A stretch of DNA of 64,000 nucleotides from Methanocaldococcus sp. 16A (GTDB taxonomy: Archaea > AGJL01 > Methanococci > Methanococcales > Methanocaldococcaceae): the NCBI GenBank assembly GCA_049860595.1, contig CP187551.1; one strand, written 5' to 3'. Below are positions 45,633 through 56,159 of the stretch, one piece after another. The position numbers and the translations under genes are program-made. The first letter of the stretch is position 1. Each line of letters starts with the position of its first letter. Under the pieces are notes generated by a model. The model was not told where the DNA came from. It worked only from the letters and a program-made list of their open reading frames with translations, and searched no databases.

Positions 45633-46319
45633 ATGAAAATTGGTTATTTGAGTATTAGTGATAAAATAACAGTTATGTGTTACGGATGTAATTTTAAATG
45701 CAAAAATTGTTTTGTTAAGATGGACAGTTATAAAGAAATTTCTCCAACCAAACTATGCAAAATAATTGATAATCTATGCAGTAAAAAGAAAATAAATACT
45801 ATCCTAATCGCTGGTGGAGAGCCTACACTTCAGAAAGATTTGCCCGAATTTACAAGATTGTTAAAGAGTAAAAATAGAAAAGTGATTCTAACCACAAACG
45901 GATATTATTTAAAAAATATTGTTGATGATTTATTTGTTGATGAAATACATGTTGATTTAAAAGCTTTTAATGAAGAAAAACACAAATATTTAACTGGAAA
46001 ATCAAATAAAAATGTCCTAAAATGTATAGAATATTTAGCAAAGAAAAAACTTAATTTTGAGGTAGATACTGTTCTAATTCCAAATATTGTGGATATTGAT
46101 GAGATTGAGAAGATTGCAAAATTTTTAAGCAAATGGGATGTTAGATATAGGATTATTGGATATACTCCATTTAACAATAATCTAAATGCACGAAAACCTA
46201 CAAAGGAAGAGCTTTTAAAGGCAAAAGAAATTGCAAAAAAATATTTAAGTAATGTAACTACCTCATTAGATTTTAGACGGCATAAAAAAGTTAAAGAGAT
46301 TATAAAATTTGATAAATAA
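45633..46319 (+). CDS. Radical SAM protein (PflA/activase-like)
   Basis: CYGCNFKCKNC, GGEPTLQ, TNG, VDLKAF. Confidence 0.85.
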   Translation: MKIGYLSISDKITVMCYGCNFKCKNCFVKMDSYKEISPTKLCKIIDNLCSKKKINTILIAGGEPTLQKDLPEFTRLLKSKNRKVILTTNGYYLKNIVDDLFVDEIHVDLKAFNEEKHKYLTGKSNKNVLKCIEYLAKKKLNFEVDTVLIPNIVDIDEIEKIAKFLSKWDVRYRIIGYTPFNNNLNARKPTKEELLKAKEIAKKYLSNVTTSLDFRRHKKVKEIIKFDK

Positions 46320-46324
46320 AGTTT

Positions 46325-47470
46325 TTAATTTTTAGATAAATTTTGATAATGTTTTAATAGTTGAGCCTCTAAATCTTTAATGCTTCCATTGAATTTTATA
46401 ACTTTTTTGGCATTCTCTAAAAGTTTTAAGTTTAATTTATTCATTTCTCCTACCGGAAAGTTTGTATCTATTACAACATCACACATTTTTAAGTATTTTA
46501 ATGCCTTATTGTAATTATCTTCAGAAATTGGTTGATATGCTTTTTCTTCAATAATCTCAACTTCCATTGCTTTAGCTATTATATAATCAATATCATTCTT
46601 ATGTAAGACCCCACAATAAACCTTATATCCATTTTTAACCAAATATCTCAAAACATTAGCTCCACTCCCCCCTCCACAAACTACAAAAACTTTTTTATCA
46701 CTTGTATTTTCATTTTTTAATTCAAAATAACCAATTTCTTTGGAAAAATTTGCATTTTTTATATCATATAAATTATTGACGGTTTCTTTGTCCATAACAT
46801 CCTCAGGATGTCCATAGGCAATTATCTTACCATCTTTGATTAGTGCTATTTTGTCGGCAATCCTTAAGGCGAGTTCTATATCATGAATAGTTACAATTAT
46901 AGCGAGATTTTTTTCTGTTGCCAATTTTCTCAACAACAAAGTAAGTTCTATCTTGTGCCTTGCATCTAAGAAGGATGTAGGTTCATCTAAAATTAAAACC
47001 TTTGGCTCTTGTGCTAACGCCCTTGCTATCATTATCTTCTGTCTTTCCCCATCACTCATTTCAAGGAAGTTTTTTTCTAATAAGTGAAGAGCATTAACAG
47101 CTTTCGCAGAATTTATAATAATTTCCTTATCCTTCTCTGATAATCTTCCAAATAAATCTGTATAGGGATGCCTTCCTATTGCAATTATATCAAATCCTGT
47201 TAAATTTCCTGGATTTACTCTTTCTGTTAAAACTACAGCCATTTTTTTAGCAAGTTGAGAAGGTTTTAGTTTATGTATTATATTTGAATCTAAATAAACT
47301 ACTCCTTTTATAGGCTCTAGATATGTTGCTATACACTTCAATAGTGTTGATTTTCCAACACCATTAGGACCTATTATTGCCAAAATTTCTCCTTCTTTAA
47401 CTTCTAAATTTACATTATCAACGACAATTCTCTTATGATAACCAATGGCAAGATTTTCCGTTTTTAACAT
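46325..47470 (-). CDS. ABC ATPase of FecE/BtuD type with C-terminal extension
   Basis: GPNGVGKS, MSDGERQK, ILDEPT, TIHD; extra ~130-aa domain starting VVCGGGSG. Confidence 0.92.
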   Translation of the reverse strand: MLKTENLAIGYHKRIVVDNVNLEVKEGEILAIIGPNGVGKSTLLKCIATYLEPIKGVVYLDSNIIHKLKPSQLAKKMAVVLTERVNPGNLTGFDIIAIGRHPYTDLFGRLSEKDKEIIINSAKAVNALHLLEKNFLEMSDGERQKIMIARALAQEPKVLILDEPTSFLDARHKIELTLLLRKLATEKNLAIIVTIHDIELALRIADKIALIKDGKIIAYGHPEDVMDKETVNNLYDIKNANFSKEIGYFELKNENTSDKKVFVVCGGGSGANVLRYLVKNGYKVYCGVLHKNDIDYIIAKAMEVEIIEEKAYQPISEDNYNKALKYLKMCDVVIDTNFPVGEMNKLNLKLLENAKKVIKFNGSIKDLEAQLLKHYQNLSKN

Positions 47471-47554
47471 TTAATCACCTTATAAGATAAGATTATAATT
47501 AAAATCTCAAAAAGGAGAAATTAAAAAATATAAAAGTAGAAACATTGAATTATG

Positions 47555-49564
47555 TCATTTTTTTATTAGGAATAATAATTCTTTTTTATAAATTAACAGC
47601 AACCCTATCAAAAATCCAATTAAAGTAGTCCATATATTTGGTTCGTCTTCTATTTCAACTTTTTTTGTAATTGTGTAATTTTTTACGATTTTATTAACTT
47701 TTATAACAACTTTTGATTGGTTAATTGTTAAATTGTAGTAATAATCATTAAATATCGTCTTTTTTGGCTTTATAATCTCAACATCTTCTTTAAAATTCCA
47801 TATATATTTAATTAACCTCTCATAGGGCATGTAATATTCAACATACCCATTTATTTGAGTGCTTTTTGAGACATTTATTGGGATTGAAAATACTTTTGTT
47901 TCATTTGGCAGTAATTCAAATGAAATATGTGTTTTGTTTGGTTTGTAGTTATTATAATCTGAAAAGTAAATATATCCATGAATTTTTTCAGAGAAAGGAT
48001 TTTTTACTGTAATATTGCAAAATATTGTTATATTAGTTTCATTAGAATATATTGTTTTATTGCTAAGTGTGATATTTATTGGATTTAACTTTTTTATCTC
48101 AATTAGGCATTTATCATATGAAGTAGCTCCAAAGGTATCATTAACCTTTAATTTAACAACGTAATTTCCTTCTTTTTTATATCTATGAGTTGGATTTGAA
48201 GAAGTTGACGTTGAGTTATCGCCAAAATCCCAGTAGTAGTGGAGTTCATCATTTTCCTTATCATAGCATAAAGAATAGAAATGAACATCGTAATCATCAA
48301 CTATTTCAAATGCAAAATATGCTTTTGGAGGTGTGTTGTTTCCCCTTGGAATTATATGAATGATTTTTGTATCTTTCAATGGAACATCAACAATCCCATT
48401 TTCATCAAACAAATAAAGCTGTGAGATTTTTATTTCGGTAGTTACATTTTCATTTTTTATTGGCTCTATCCAGAAAGATAAAATACTGAAGTTTCCACGT
48501 ACACTTCCATTTATTTTAATATAAAAATCTATTGTACCATTCTCATCTGTCCAATTTTTATCTATGGTGGATAAACTTGTTGATATGTCACTAATTTTCA
48601 ATAGTGTTGAATTGTAGGATATTTTTCCTTTAATTTCTGATATATTTGCATCTATGTTTTTTGCCTCAATGTAAATGAATCCTTTATCTCCATAAGAGAT
48701 ATTTTTTTCAGTAGTTGAAAAACCAACATACTTTTCTACAGTTGTTTCTTCACCGATTGTGAAGTTTGCTGGTTTTACAATTGTGTCATTTCCATTTATC
48801 TTTACAGATGCGTTAATTAGGTAAGTCCCTTCTTTGCTTGTGAAGAATGTCAATTTCATCAAATCAAAATTTTCTTCTGAAGTATTTAACTCAACAAAGA
48901 AATTTAAACTATCGTTATTGTAATTTAAATCTACATTTGAAATGTTATTTTCTAAATAATAGAAGTTTAAACCTACAATACTTAAATTTGGGTAGTATAT
49001 TGTTCCAGTTATGTTATATGTATTTTCTTTTGCGTTTTTTATTGAAATGAGAACATCAAAATTCTCATTTAACTTTGGATTTATGGGAGTTATCTCAACA
49101 ACCGTTGAATTTAAACCAATAATATTTACTTCAACAGAGTTGTAAGTTGCATCTATGGCATTTCCATCTATATCAGACAGTTTAGGCTTTTGGGTTATTG
49201 TATATGTTCCATTGTCCAATGCTTTAAACCTCAAAGTAGCTACTGTAAAGTTTCCGGAAGGTTCATTGCCTGACCACATCAGTGATATTGATATTTTTCC
49301 ATCATCTACAGAAATACTCTTTAAGAATGCACTATTGGCTATATCACTTAAAATGATATCATCAGTGGTTATGTTTAATGCACTTGGGAAATATATGGTA
49401 TCTTCAAACCCACTCAATTTTTCTGATACATTTACGCTCAATGTTAAATCAAAGTAGTCATATTCATTCACAACAATATTATCTGGCGTTAATCTAACTT
49501 CATTTCCAAAACTTACATGAAAGAACAATAAAAATGAAATCAATATTAAAAATTTCGACTTCAT
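47555..49564 (-). CDS. Membrane-anchored scaffold: signal peptide, ~3 cohesin-like modules, PKD domain, C-terminal TM
   Basis: Cohesin-like strands (SGFEDTIYFP...ATLRFKA...LSDIDG; IKGKISYNSTLL); PKD YYWDFGD...HRYKKEGNY; terminal hydrophobic helix followed by Lys. Confidence 0.72.
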   Translation of the reverse strand: MKSKFLILISFLLFFHVSFGNEVRLTPDNIVVNEYDYFDLTLSVNVSEKLSGFEDTIYFPSALNITTDDIILSDIANSAFLKSISVDDGKISISLMWSGNEPSGNFTVATLRFKALDNGTYTITQKPKLSDIDGNAIDATYNSVEVNIIGLNSTVVEITPINPKLNENFDVLISIKNAKENTYNITGTIYYPNLSIVGLNFYYLENNISNVDLNYNNDSLNFFVELNTSEENFDLMKLTFFTSKEGTYLINASVKINGNDTIVKPANFTIGEETTVEKYVGFSTTEKNISYGDKGFIYIEAKNIDANISEIKGKISYNSTLLKISDISTSLSTIDKNWTDENGTIDFYIKINGSVRGNFSILSFWIEPIKNENVTTEIKISQLYLFDENGIVDVPLKDTKIIHIIPRGNNTPPKAYFAFEIVDDYDVHFYSLCYDKENDELHYYWDFGDNSTSTSSNPTHRYKKEGNYVVKLKVNDTFGATSYDKCLIEIKKLNPINITLSNKTIYSNETNITIFCNITVKNPFSEKIHGYIYFSDYNNYKPNKTHISFELLPNETKVFSIPINVSKSTQINGYVEYYMPYERLIKYIWNFKEDVEIIKPKKTIFNDYYYNLTINQSKVVIKVNKIVKNYTITKKVEIEDEPNIWTTLIGFLIGLLLIYKKELLFLIKK

Positions 49565-49579
49565 TGTTATCCCCTAACA

Positions 49580-50404
49580 TCATTTAAATCTTGATAGAAT
49601 AAAGCCAAAAAGAATCCCTGCCAACACTCCAGAGAGCAAATTAAATCCTAAAAATTTAAAACTACTCTTTTTTTCCACAACTACATTAACTACCGGATGG
49701 TATTCCGTTATGTTAATTTCTTTAACAATAACTTCTGGTTCCTTTACTTTAGGGGTTATGTAAATCCTATTTACTATTGTTGATGAAGATGTTTCAACAT
49801 CTTCTACATCTTCTTTTAGTTTCATTGTTGTTGTGTTTGTTACATTTCCAATGCCTTTTATTATCACCTTTGCCCCAAAGAACTTTATGTTTGGATATTC
49901 TTTGAATGTATTTGTAGATTTGTCAAAATAACTTTCACCACTACCATACCTGTACCCCAATGCTGAACTAACAGATCCTGACAAATTTAATTGGGTTTCT
50001 CCTTCTTTAATAGGAATAAACATTATTTCTCCGATACAAAAATCTTCTTCAATGGGATTATTAAATGAAATTGATAAATTAAATGCTCCATCTTTAAATT
50101 CATAAAACTTTAACTTCTCATTTTTACATATCTCACTCCAATTAAAACCATAAGGTTTTAAATATTCAGGAGGGTAGTTTATATAAATATCCACTCCTCT
50201 ACACCCACCGTCTTCACTATTATCATGATAAAGATCTCCAATTTTTGGAAGATTTTCTATCGTTATGTTAAATTTAATAATCTCTCCATTTGAAATAACT
50301 TCCTCGGGGATTAATTTAACATAGACATCTTCTGCATAACAAATATCTAAAAAAATAGAAATAATGGAAATAAGAGTTAAAATAACTAAAAAATGTTTAT
50401 TCAT
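49580..50404 (-). CDS. Single cohesin-like membrane-anchored protein
   Basis: Signal peptide; FNITIEN...GVDIYINYPPEYL...IGEIMFIPIKEG; Thr/Ser linker; C-terminal TM. Confidence 0.62.
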   Translation of the reverse strand: MNKHFLVILTLISIISIFLDICYAEDVYVKLIPEEVISNGEIIKFNITIENLPKIGDLYHDNSEDGGCRGVDIYINYPPEYLKPYGFNWSEICKNEKLKFYEFKDGAFNLSISFNNPIEEDFCIGEIMFIPIKEGETQLNLSGSVSSALGYRYGSGESYFDKSTNTFKEYPNIKFFGAKVIIKGIGNVTNTTTMKLKEDVEDVETSSSTIVNRIYITPKVKEPEVIVKEINITEYHPVVNVVVEKKSSFKFLGFNLLSGVLAGILFGFILSRFK

Positions 50405-50949
50405 TACCCATCACCTTTTTTTATAATGTAAGCTATCAATCCAATTAAAAGAACTGCAAATATGACCATTATTGGATTAAATGAAAATGATTCATTTTTT
50501 TCTACTTTTTGAGTGGAATTAGATATTATCTTTAGATTTACTGTTTTTTGAGGGATTTTAATGGCATTTCCTTCACTGTCTGATGCCTTTGCCTTTATTG
50601 TTATCGTTGCATTTCCACATTCCAAAGCCTTTATTTTGAATTCACCAACTTTAAAATCCTCATTTTTTGGATTTGTCAAAAAAACATACTGTATTGCAGC
50701 ACTTCTATTTTTGTTTATTGTTAAGTTGTAATCTGCTCCAACATCATAGCTAATTACATTATCTACTACAAGGTTATTAGAGAGGTAAATATTGCATTCT
50801 AAACCTCCACAATTTGAAACATTATTTGCGTAAACTTCTACAACAAATAAATCTCCTTTTTTAACTTCAGAAGGAGCTTTTACTGAAACATCTATTGCCA
50901 TACATGTTGGAAGTATAAGAAAAATCAACAATGCAGCAAACTTTTTCAT
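50404..50949 (-). CDS. Single cohesin-like membrane-anchored protein
   Basis: Signal peptide; VKKGDLFVVEV...GGLECNI...GEFKIKALECG...ASDSEG; C-terminal TM followed by KK. Confidence 0.7.
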   Translation of the reverse strand: MKKFAALLIFLILPTCMAIDVSVKAPSEVKKGDLFVVEVYANNVSNCGGLECNIYLSNNLVVDNVISYDVGADYNLTINKNRSAAIQYVFLTNPKNEDFKVGEFKIKALECGNATITIKAKASDSEGNAIKIPQKTVNLKIISNSTQKVEKNESFSFNPIMVIFAVLLIGLIAYIIKKGDG

Positions 50950-50990
50950 GCTCTCACCAAAGTAAAGATTACTTTATTAATAGTAAAAAT

Positions 50991-51030
50991 TACCGTAAAA
51001 TATATATACCTACCGTAAAATATATATACC
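50991..51030. repeat. Perfect 20-bp tandem duplication containing a TATA-like element in a divergent promoter
   Basis: TACCGTAAAATATATATACC twice. Confidence 0.92.
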
Positions 51031-51129
51031 TATTGTTAATATCATAATCTTTGTTTTTGTTAAAGATTTTTTTAATAAAATTAACTATTTATTTATAATA
51101 ACAATCTAATATAAATATTAAATGGTGGT

Positions 51130-52485
51130 ATGATGCCGAAAAATATTAATATCATTGGGTATATATTACTTACCGTTTTCTTACTATTAGTGCCAGTATA
51201 TGCAGAAGGTGATTACAACTATAGATTGGGTGATGTCAACAAAGATGGTTCCATTGATATTGCAGATGTGGTTTATCTTTTCAAACACAGAGACCTTGAT
51301 ATAGAAGATGGTGATTTAAACGCAGATGGCAGCATAGACATTGCTGATGTTGTTTATCTCTTTGTTAATTATCAAAAAATGAGAGAACCTATTCATTATG
51401 CCAAAAATATAAAAATTACATATTATGATGAAAATGGAAATGAAGTAAATCCTTACAATGGAGAATCTTATGCATACAAAATAGTTGAAGACGCCACTGG
51501 GCAGAGATTACTATTAAAAAATGAAAGTCAGCCAATACCTTCATGGGCTGAAGGAAAATACGACAAGGTAATTAATGTCCCATTAAAAAGAGTTGTTGTG
51601 ATGAGTTCCACCCACATAGCTTTAATGGAACCACTAAATGACGATGGCTCAGTGATTGGCTCAGTGAAGGGAATAATGTGGGGAGGAACATACAAGTGGT
51701 ACTTTGATGATATTAAAGAAGGGCTTAATAATGGTTCAATAATTGACGTTGGTTCTTCATACAGTCCAAATTATGACTTAATTATTAACATCTCCCCACA
51801 GGTTGTGTTTGTCTATCCAGGATACAGCGGAGATGCGATAATTGCAAAATGTAAGGAATTGAACATAACTTACGTTGCTGATGCAGAATACTTAGAAGAT
51901 TCTTACCTTGCAAGATGTGAATGGGTAAAGATGTTTGCAGCGTTTTACAATAAAGAAGATGTGGCAAGCAAATACTTCACAAGAATAGAAAAGAGGGCAT
52001 TGAATGTGAAAAGATTAACAAGAAATACAAATAGACCATTAGTGGCTTGGGGTAAGAACTATCCAAAATATGGTGGAACATACGTTCCAAAAGCACAGTC
52101 CTATGTTGCTAAGGCAATCATAGATGATTGCCATGGAGATTATATATTTAAAGACATTCCAGGGACTGGCAGTGCATGCATAGATTACGAGACATTTGCA
52201 GAGAGGGCAAAAGATGCAGACATCTGGGTAGTTCCATCAAGCACAACATGGTTATCAACCTTTAAAGATGACCATCCAGGATATGAAAACTTTAAAGCTG
52301 TGCAGAATGGAAGATTGTTCTGTATAAGTGATGATTACTGGCAACTTGGATTAATGAATACTGATGAGGTATTGATGGATTTAGCAACAATATTACATCC
52401 AGATGTATTCAAAGGAAGAACTACTCACTACTTCCTAAAATATAATCCTAATACTAATACAGCCGAGCCATATACCGCAGAATAA
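51130..52485 (+). CDS. Dockerin-fused ABC substrate-binding protein (BtuF/FepB class III), #1
   Basis: Signal peptide ending VYA; duplicated Ca-loop GDVNKDGSIDIADVVYL / GDLNADGSIDIADVVYL; SBP motifs PLKRVVVMS, ARCEWVK, DLATILHP. Confidence 0.9.
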   Translation: MMPKNINIIGYILLTVFLLLVPVYAEGDYNYRLGDVNKDGSIDIADVVYLFKHRDLDIEDGDLNADGSIDIADVVYLFVNYQKMREPIHYAKNIKITYYDENGNEVNPYNGESYAYKIVEDATGQRLLLKNESQPIPSWAEGKYDKVINVPLKRVVVMSSTHIALMEPLNDDGSVIGSVKGIMWGGTYKWYFDDIKEGLNNGSIIDVGSSYSPNYDLIINISPQVVFVYPGYSGDAIIAKCKELNITYVADAEYLEDSYLARCEWVKMFAAFYNKEDVASKYFTRIEKRALNVKRLTRNTNRPLVAWGKNYPKYGGTYVPKAQSYVAKAIIDDCHGDYIFKDIPGTGSACIDYETFAERAKDADIWVVPSSTTWLSTFKDDHPGYENFKAVQNGRLFCISDDYWQLGLMNTDEVLMDLATILHPDVFKGRTTHYFLKYNPNTNTAEPYTAE

Positions 52486-52536
52486 ATAAAAATTACTTTT
52501 CTTCTTTTAAAAATAAATTTTTGAAGGTGACTGTTG

Positions 52537-55500
52537 ATGAAATGGAAGGTGCTTATACTGTCAATTTTAATGGCATCACTAATAGGAGTTTATGGTGAAA
52601 ACGTAACAGTAGAGTTGGTTCCATCAGATGTTATGGGATATGTTGGGGATACTATTAACTTAGATTTAGTTGTAAAAAATGTAGGTGCTGAGGGATGTGA
52701 GGGCTTTGATACATATATTTATTTTAATTCAAGTATTTTGAATATATCTGAAAACAATATTACCTTAAAAGATGTAAGTGGGAGTATATCTAAAGAGGAT
52801 ATATCAATATCCAATGGAAAAATTTGGATTTCGTTATGGTTTAGTAAAAGTTTTACAGGGAATTTTACAATTGCCACACTATCATTTAAGGCAATAAATG
52901 AAGGTCAAGGAACAATATCATTGTATGGAACTGTTTTATCTGATTCAAATGGATTCCACATTGAGCCATTAATTTTAAAAAACTCAAATGTAAAAGTATT
53001 ATATAAACCAATTGCTGACTTGTTAGTTCCTGAAATTATAAATGCTGAATTTGGAGATAATGTAACTGTTCCAATAACTGTAGCTCCAAAGGTAAATGAA
53101 ACTGTGAATGTAATAAAAGGATATTTATCGTACGATAAAAATATGTTAAAACCAGTAAATGTATCTTCAAATGTTGGAAATGTTTTCTTCAATAGTTCAA
53201 GTGATTACTTTGAAATATCAAATATAAATCAATCAACAAACTTCACAATTAACATCACCTACAATGTAATAAATGTTGGAAATACCACAGTAAAATTGGA
53301 TAATGTCTATATGGAAGATATCAATGGAAGTTATGTAAAGGATATTTCATCAAATGCAACCACAATAGTAATCCCAGGACCTGATTTAGTAGCAGAGATA
53401 ATACCAGTATCACTCAAAGCATATACAAACAATACAATACCTATATTGGTAAAGAATATTGGGGAGAGGAATGTAACAGGTAACTTCTCAGTTAAGTTAT
53501 TGGTAGATACAAATGAGATAGGAACCTATACAATTAATGGATTGAATGTTGGAGAAACTAAGGAGGTAAACTTCACATTCATGCCTACAGAAGAGAAGAA
53601 TTACACACTTTGTGTTTTAGTTGATTGCAACAATGACGTAAAGGAAATTGATGAGAACAACAACAAATACGTTGATGAATTGTATGCTACAGAGGAGCCA
53701 ATAAGTGTAAATCTTATATCATCAACGAACTTAACAAAAACTGAAGAAACCTTTGAAGTTAGCATCACATTAAATAATATAACATCCGATAGACCAGCAA
53801 AGGCAATAGAAGGAGTTTTAACTTATGATAGTGGAGTATTAGATTGTATAAACTTTACATTCCTAATCAATGCATCTGAAGAAAATGGGACCTTACTGGA
53901 GAACATAACCTATGAAAAAGGCAAGGTAATATTCAAATTAATGGATGGTATTATTAACTCCTCAACAGTTGTAGCTATTGCTAAATTTAAGGCAATAGAT
54001 GTTGGAAACTCAGATATTGGTCTATCAAATTTAGTAGTATCTGACATACATGGATATAAATTTAACAAAGTATTAACAAACAATGTAAATGTTGTTGTAC
54101 AAGGTCCAAACATCAAAATAACCGACATCAATATATCAAACCCATTAATATACAGAATTCCAACTACAATAAACATTACAATAACAAACAATGGACATCA
54201 AGAAGCAAAACCATTTGATATTGTATTATACGCTGATGCCAATGAGATTGGAAAAGTAACAGTTGATGGGCTGAATATTAGTCAAAGTAAGACTATAGTA
54301 TTTAATTGGACTCCAGATGATATAAAAACATTTACAATAGTAGCAGTTGTTGATCCATCCAACGCAGTTAAAGAGGAGAATGAAAGTGATAATAAGCTTG
54401 TTAAGAAAATAAATGTTATAGAAATTCCAGTTTGGGTAAATGTATATAACACAACACCTGTAATTAATGGAACCTTTAATGCTACAATAGAGGTTAATGG
54501 AATAAATGAAAGGTTATGTAGTGGATATGATGGAAAGTTGATATTCAAAAACTTAAAAATTGAAAACATAGAACTTATTGGAATAAACAACTACACAATA
54601 AATAACAGTGAGTTAATATTCAGCGGATACAACTTCACAAAGTTAGGAACATTTAAAATAGCAAATATAACATTTAGAATAATTGATGAGAACAAGAGTT
54701 ACTCAGCAATATTGAAGTGCGTAGTGTTATCGGACAAGGATGGATACAAGTTTGAGAAGGTATTTATCAACAACACAATATTGGATGAGAGCTTACAAAA
54801 GGTCTTTGAAGGATTGTGTATTGAATCAGATGTGCTTGATAAAGTGGATATTGATAATGTGAAATTAGAATCTGTTGGAGATATTAACATAACAGTATTG
54901 CCTGTTAAAATTGGAGATATTGTAGATGAATTAACAATACCAAAAGTTAGTGAAAATATAACAATAAATATTACAGATGATGTTATTATAAAAATAAATT
55001 CAATATTGAACGATGCAAAAACATTAGAAGAAATTACCAAATCAGTAGATGATGAAGTAGAGTTAAATAAAACGTTGGATATGATATTAGAAAATATAGA
55101 ACCACTACTATGCGAAGGATTTAACATAACAAACAAAACTAAAGAAGAACCAAAGGAAATTGGTAATAAATTAATATCAACAATAAAATTCAAGGCAGAG
55201 AACTCATCCAACAAAGGATTTGTAATCGTTAGAATTCCAGTTGGTGAATTAAAAGTTGAGAATATTGTTGTAAATAACGGAACAGCGAATATTACCTTAA
55301 AAGAAAACGATGCTAACAGTAATGTAGGTTGGTATAAATATGTAGGTAATGGAGTTATTGAAGTTATCTTAATAAAAGACCCAGAAGTAAGTATTACTCT
55401 TACTAAAACATTACCTGTAATTCAAACAACTACAACAGCTTATTACTACAGTGGTGGAGGAAGCCATCATACAGCAATAGAACTCTACTCAGATGTTGCA

Positions 55501-55917
55501 CAAGATATTAAATCAACAAAAATAAAAGAATTTGTCCATAAAGCAAAATTAATCATAGGTTCAAAAATTGACATGAACTTATCAGCAAAATGCCTTAAAA
55601 ACGAATCAGAGTTAATAAATAATGCACTAGAGATAAAAGAGGATTGCATTTTAATTGGAGGACCCGTAGCGAACCCACTAACTAAGAAATATATGTGGAC
55701 ATTCCCAGTAAAAGTAACTAACGACTATCCAGGAAAACACAAAGGAGTTATAGAAAAACAAATAATAAATGGACACACAGTAATACTATTAGCAGGTTCA
55801 GATAGATGGGGTACAAAGGCAGCTGTAGAATACTTCAAGCAGTTAGATGATATTCCAGATGAACCAATATTTGTAGAGTGGAAAGATGGAAAAGCTATTA
55901 AAATAGAAAAACCTTAA
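52537..55917 (+). CDS. Scaffoldin-like surface protein: ~4 cohesin-like modules, 2 CARDB, C-terminal S-layer domain
   Basis: Cohesin-like GFDTYIYFNSSIL...ATLSFKA, KGYLSYDKNML, EGVLTYDSGVL...AKFKAI, GYDGKL...ANITFRI; CARDB GPDL...VDCNNDVKEIDENNN and VDPSNAVKEENESDN; S-layer-type IGGPVAN and AGSDRWGT. Confidence 0.8.
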   Translation: MKWKVLILSILMASLIGVYGENVTVELVPSDVMGYVGDTINLDLVVKNVGAEGCEGFDTYIYFNSSILNISENNITLKDVSGSISKEDISISNGKIWISLWFSKSFTGNFTIATLSFKAINEGQGTISLYGTVLSDSNGFHIEPLILKNSNVKVLYKPIADLLVPEIINAEFGDNVTVPITVAPKVNETVNVIKGYLSYDKNMLKPVNVSSNVGNVFFNSSSDYFEISNINQSTNFTINITYNVINVGNTTVKLDNVYMEDINGSYVKDISSNATTIVIPGPDLVAEIIPVSLKAYTNNTIPILVKNIGERNVTGNFSVKLLVDTNEIGTYTINGLNVGETKEVNFTFMPTEEKNYTLCVLVDCNNDVKEIDENNNKYVDELYATEEPISVNLISSTNLTKTEETFEVSITLNNITSDRPAKAIEGVLTYDSGVLDCINFTFLINASEENGTLLENITYEKGKVIFKLMDGIINSSTVVAIAKFKAIDVGNSDIGLSNLVVSDIHGYKFNKVLTNNVNVVVQGPNIKITDINISNPLIYRIPTTINITITNNGHQEAKPFDIVLYADANEIGKVTVDGLNISQSKTIVFNWTPDDIKTFTIVAVVDPSNAVKEENESDNKLVKKINVIEIPVWVNVYNTTPVINGTFNATIEVNGINERLCSGYDGKLIFKNLKIENIELIGINNYTINNSELIFSGYNFTKLGTFKIANITFRIIDENKSYSAILKCVVLSDKDGYKFEKVFINNTILDESLQKVFEGLCIESDVLDKVDIDNVKLESVGDINITVLPVKIGDIVDELTIPKVSENITINITDDVIIKINSILNDAKTLEEITKSVDDEVELNKTLDMILENIEPLLCEGFNITNKTKEEPKEIGNKLISTIKFKAENSSNKGFVIVRIPVGELKVENIVVNNGTANITLKENDANSNVGWYKYVGNGVIEVILIKDPEVSITLTKTLPVIQTTTTAYYYSGGGSHHTAIELYSDVAQDIKSTKIKEFVHKAKLIIGSKIDMNLSAKCLKNESELINNALEIKEDCILIGGPVANPLTKKYMWTFPVKVTNDYPGKHKGVIEKQIINGHTVILLAGSDRWGTKAAVEYFKQLDDIPDEPIFVEWKDGKAIKIEKP

Positions 55918-56159
55918 TCATTCTTCTTTTTTAATTAATCTTTTTTAAAAGTTTCATGGAAAAGTAATAAAAATTGAAAAACCTTAAAAATCTCTCAATT
56001 TAATTCTTTATTTTATTATTTTAGTAATAATATTTTTAAAAATTCTCTTACTTTTAACAACATTTAATTAAAAACATCATAAATTATATATATAAAATAT
56101 GTTAAATTATTATCACGTAACATTATTTGAAAAAATATAATACTAAGGAGTGGATTACC

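Noticed and set aside
51229-51372. Dockerin repeats read as plain EF-hands or as a DNA repeat array
   Set aside because: No preceding E helix; the duplicated loop-helix with GD.N.DG..D..D fits a dockerin, and conservation is at protein level with synonymous differences
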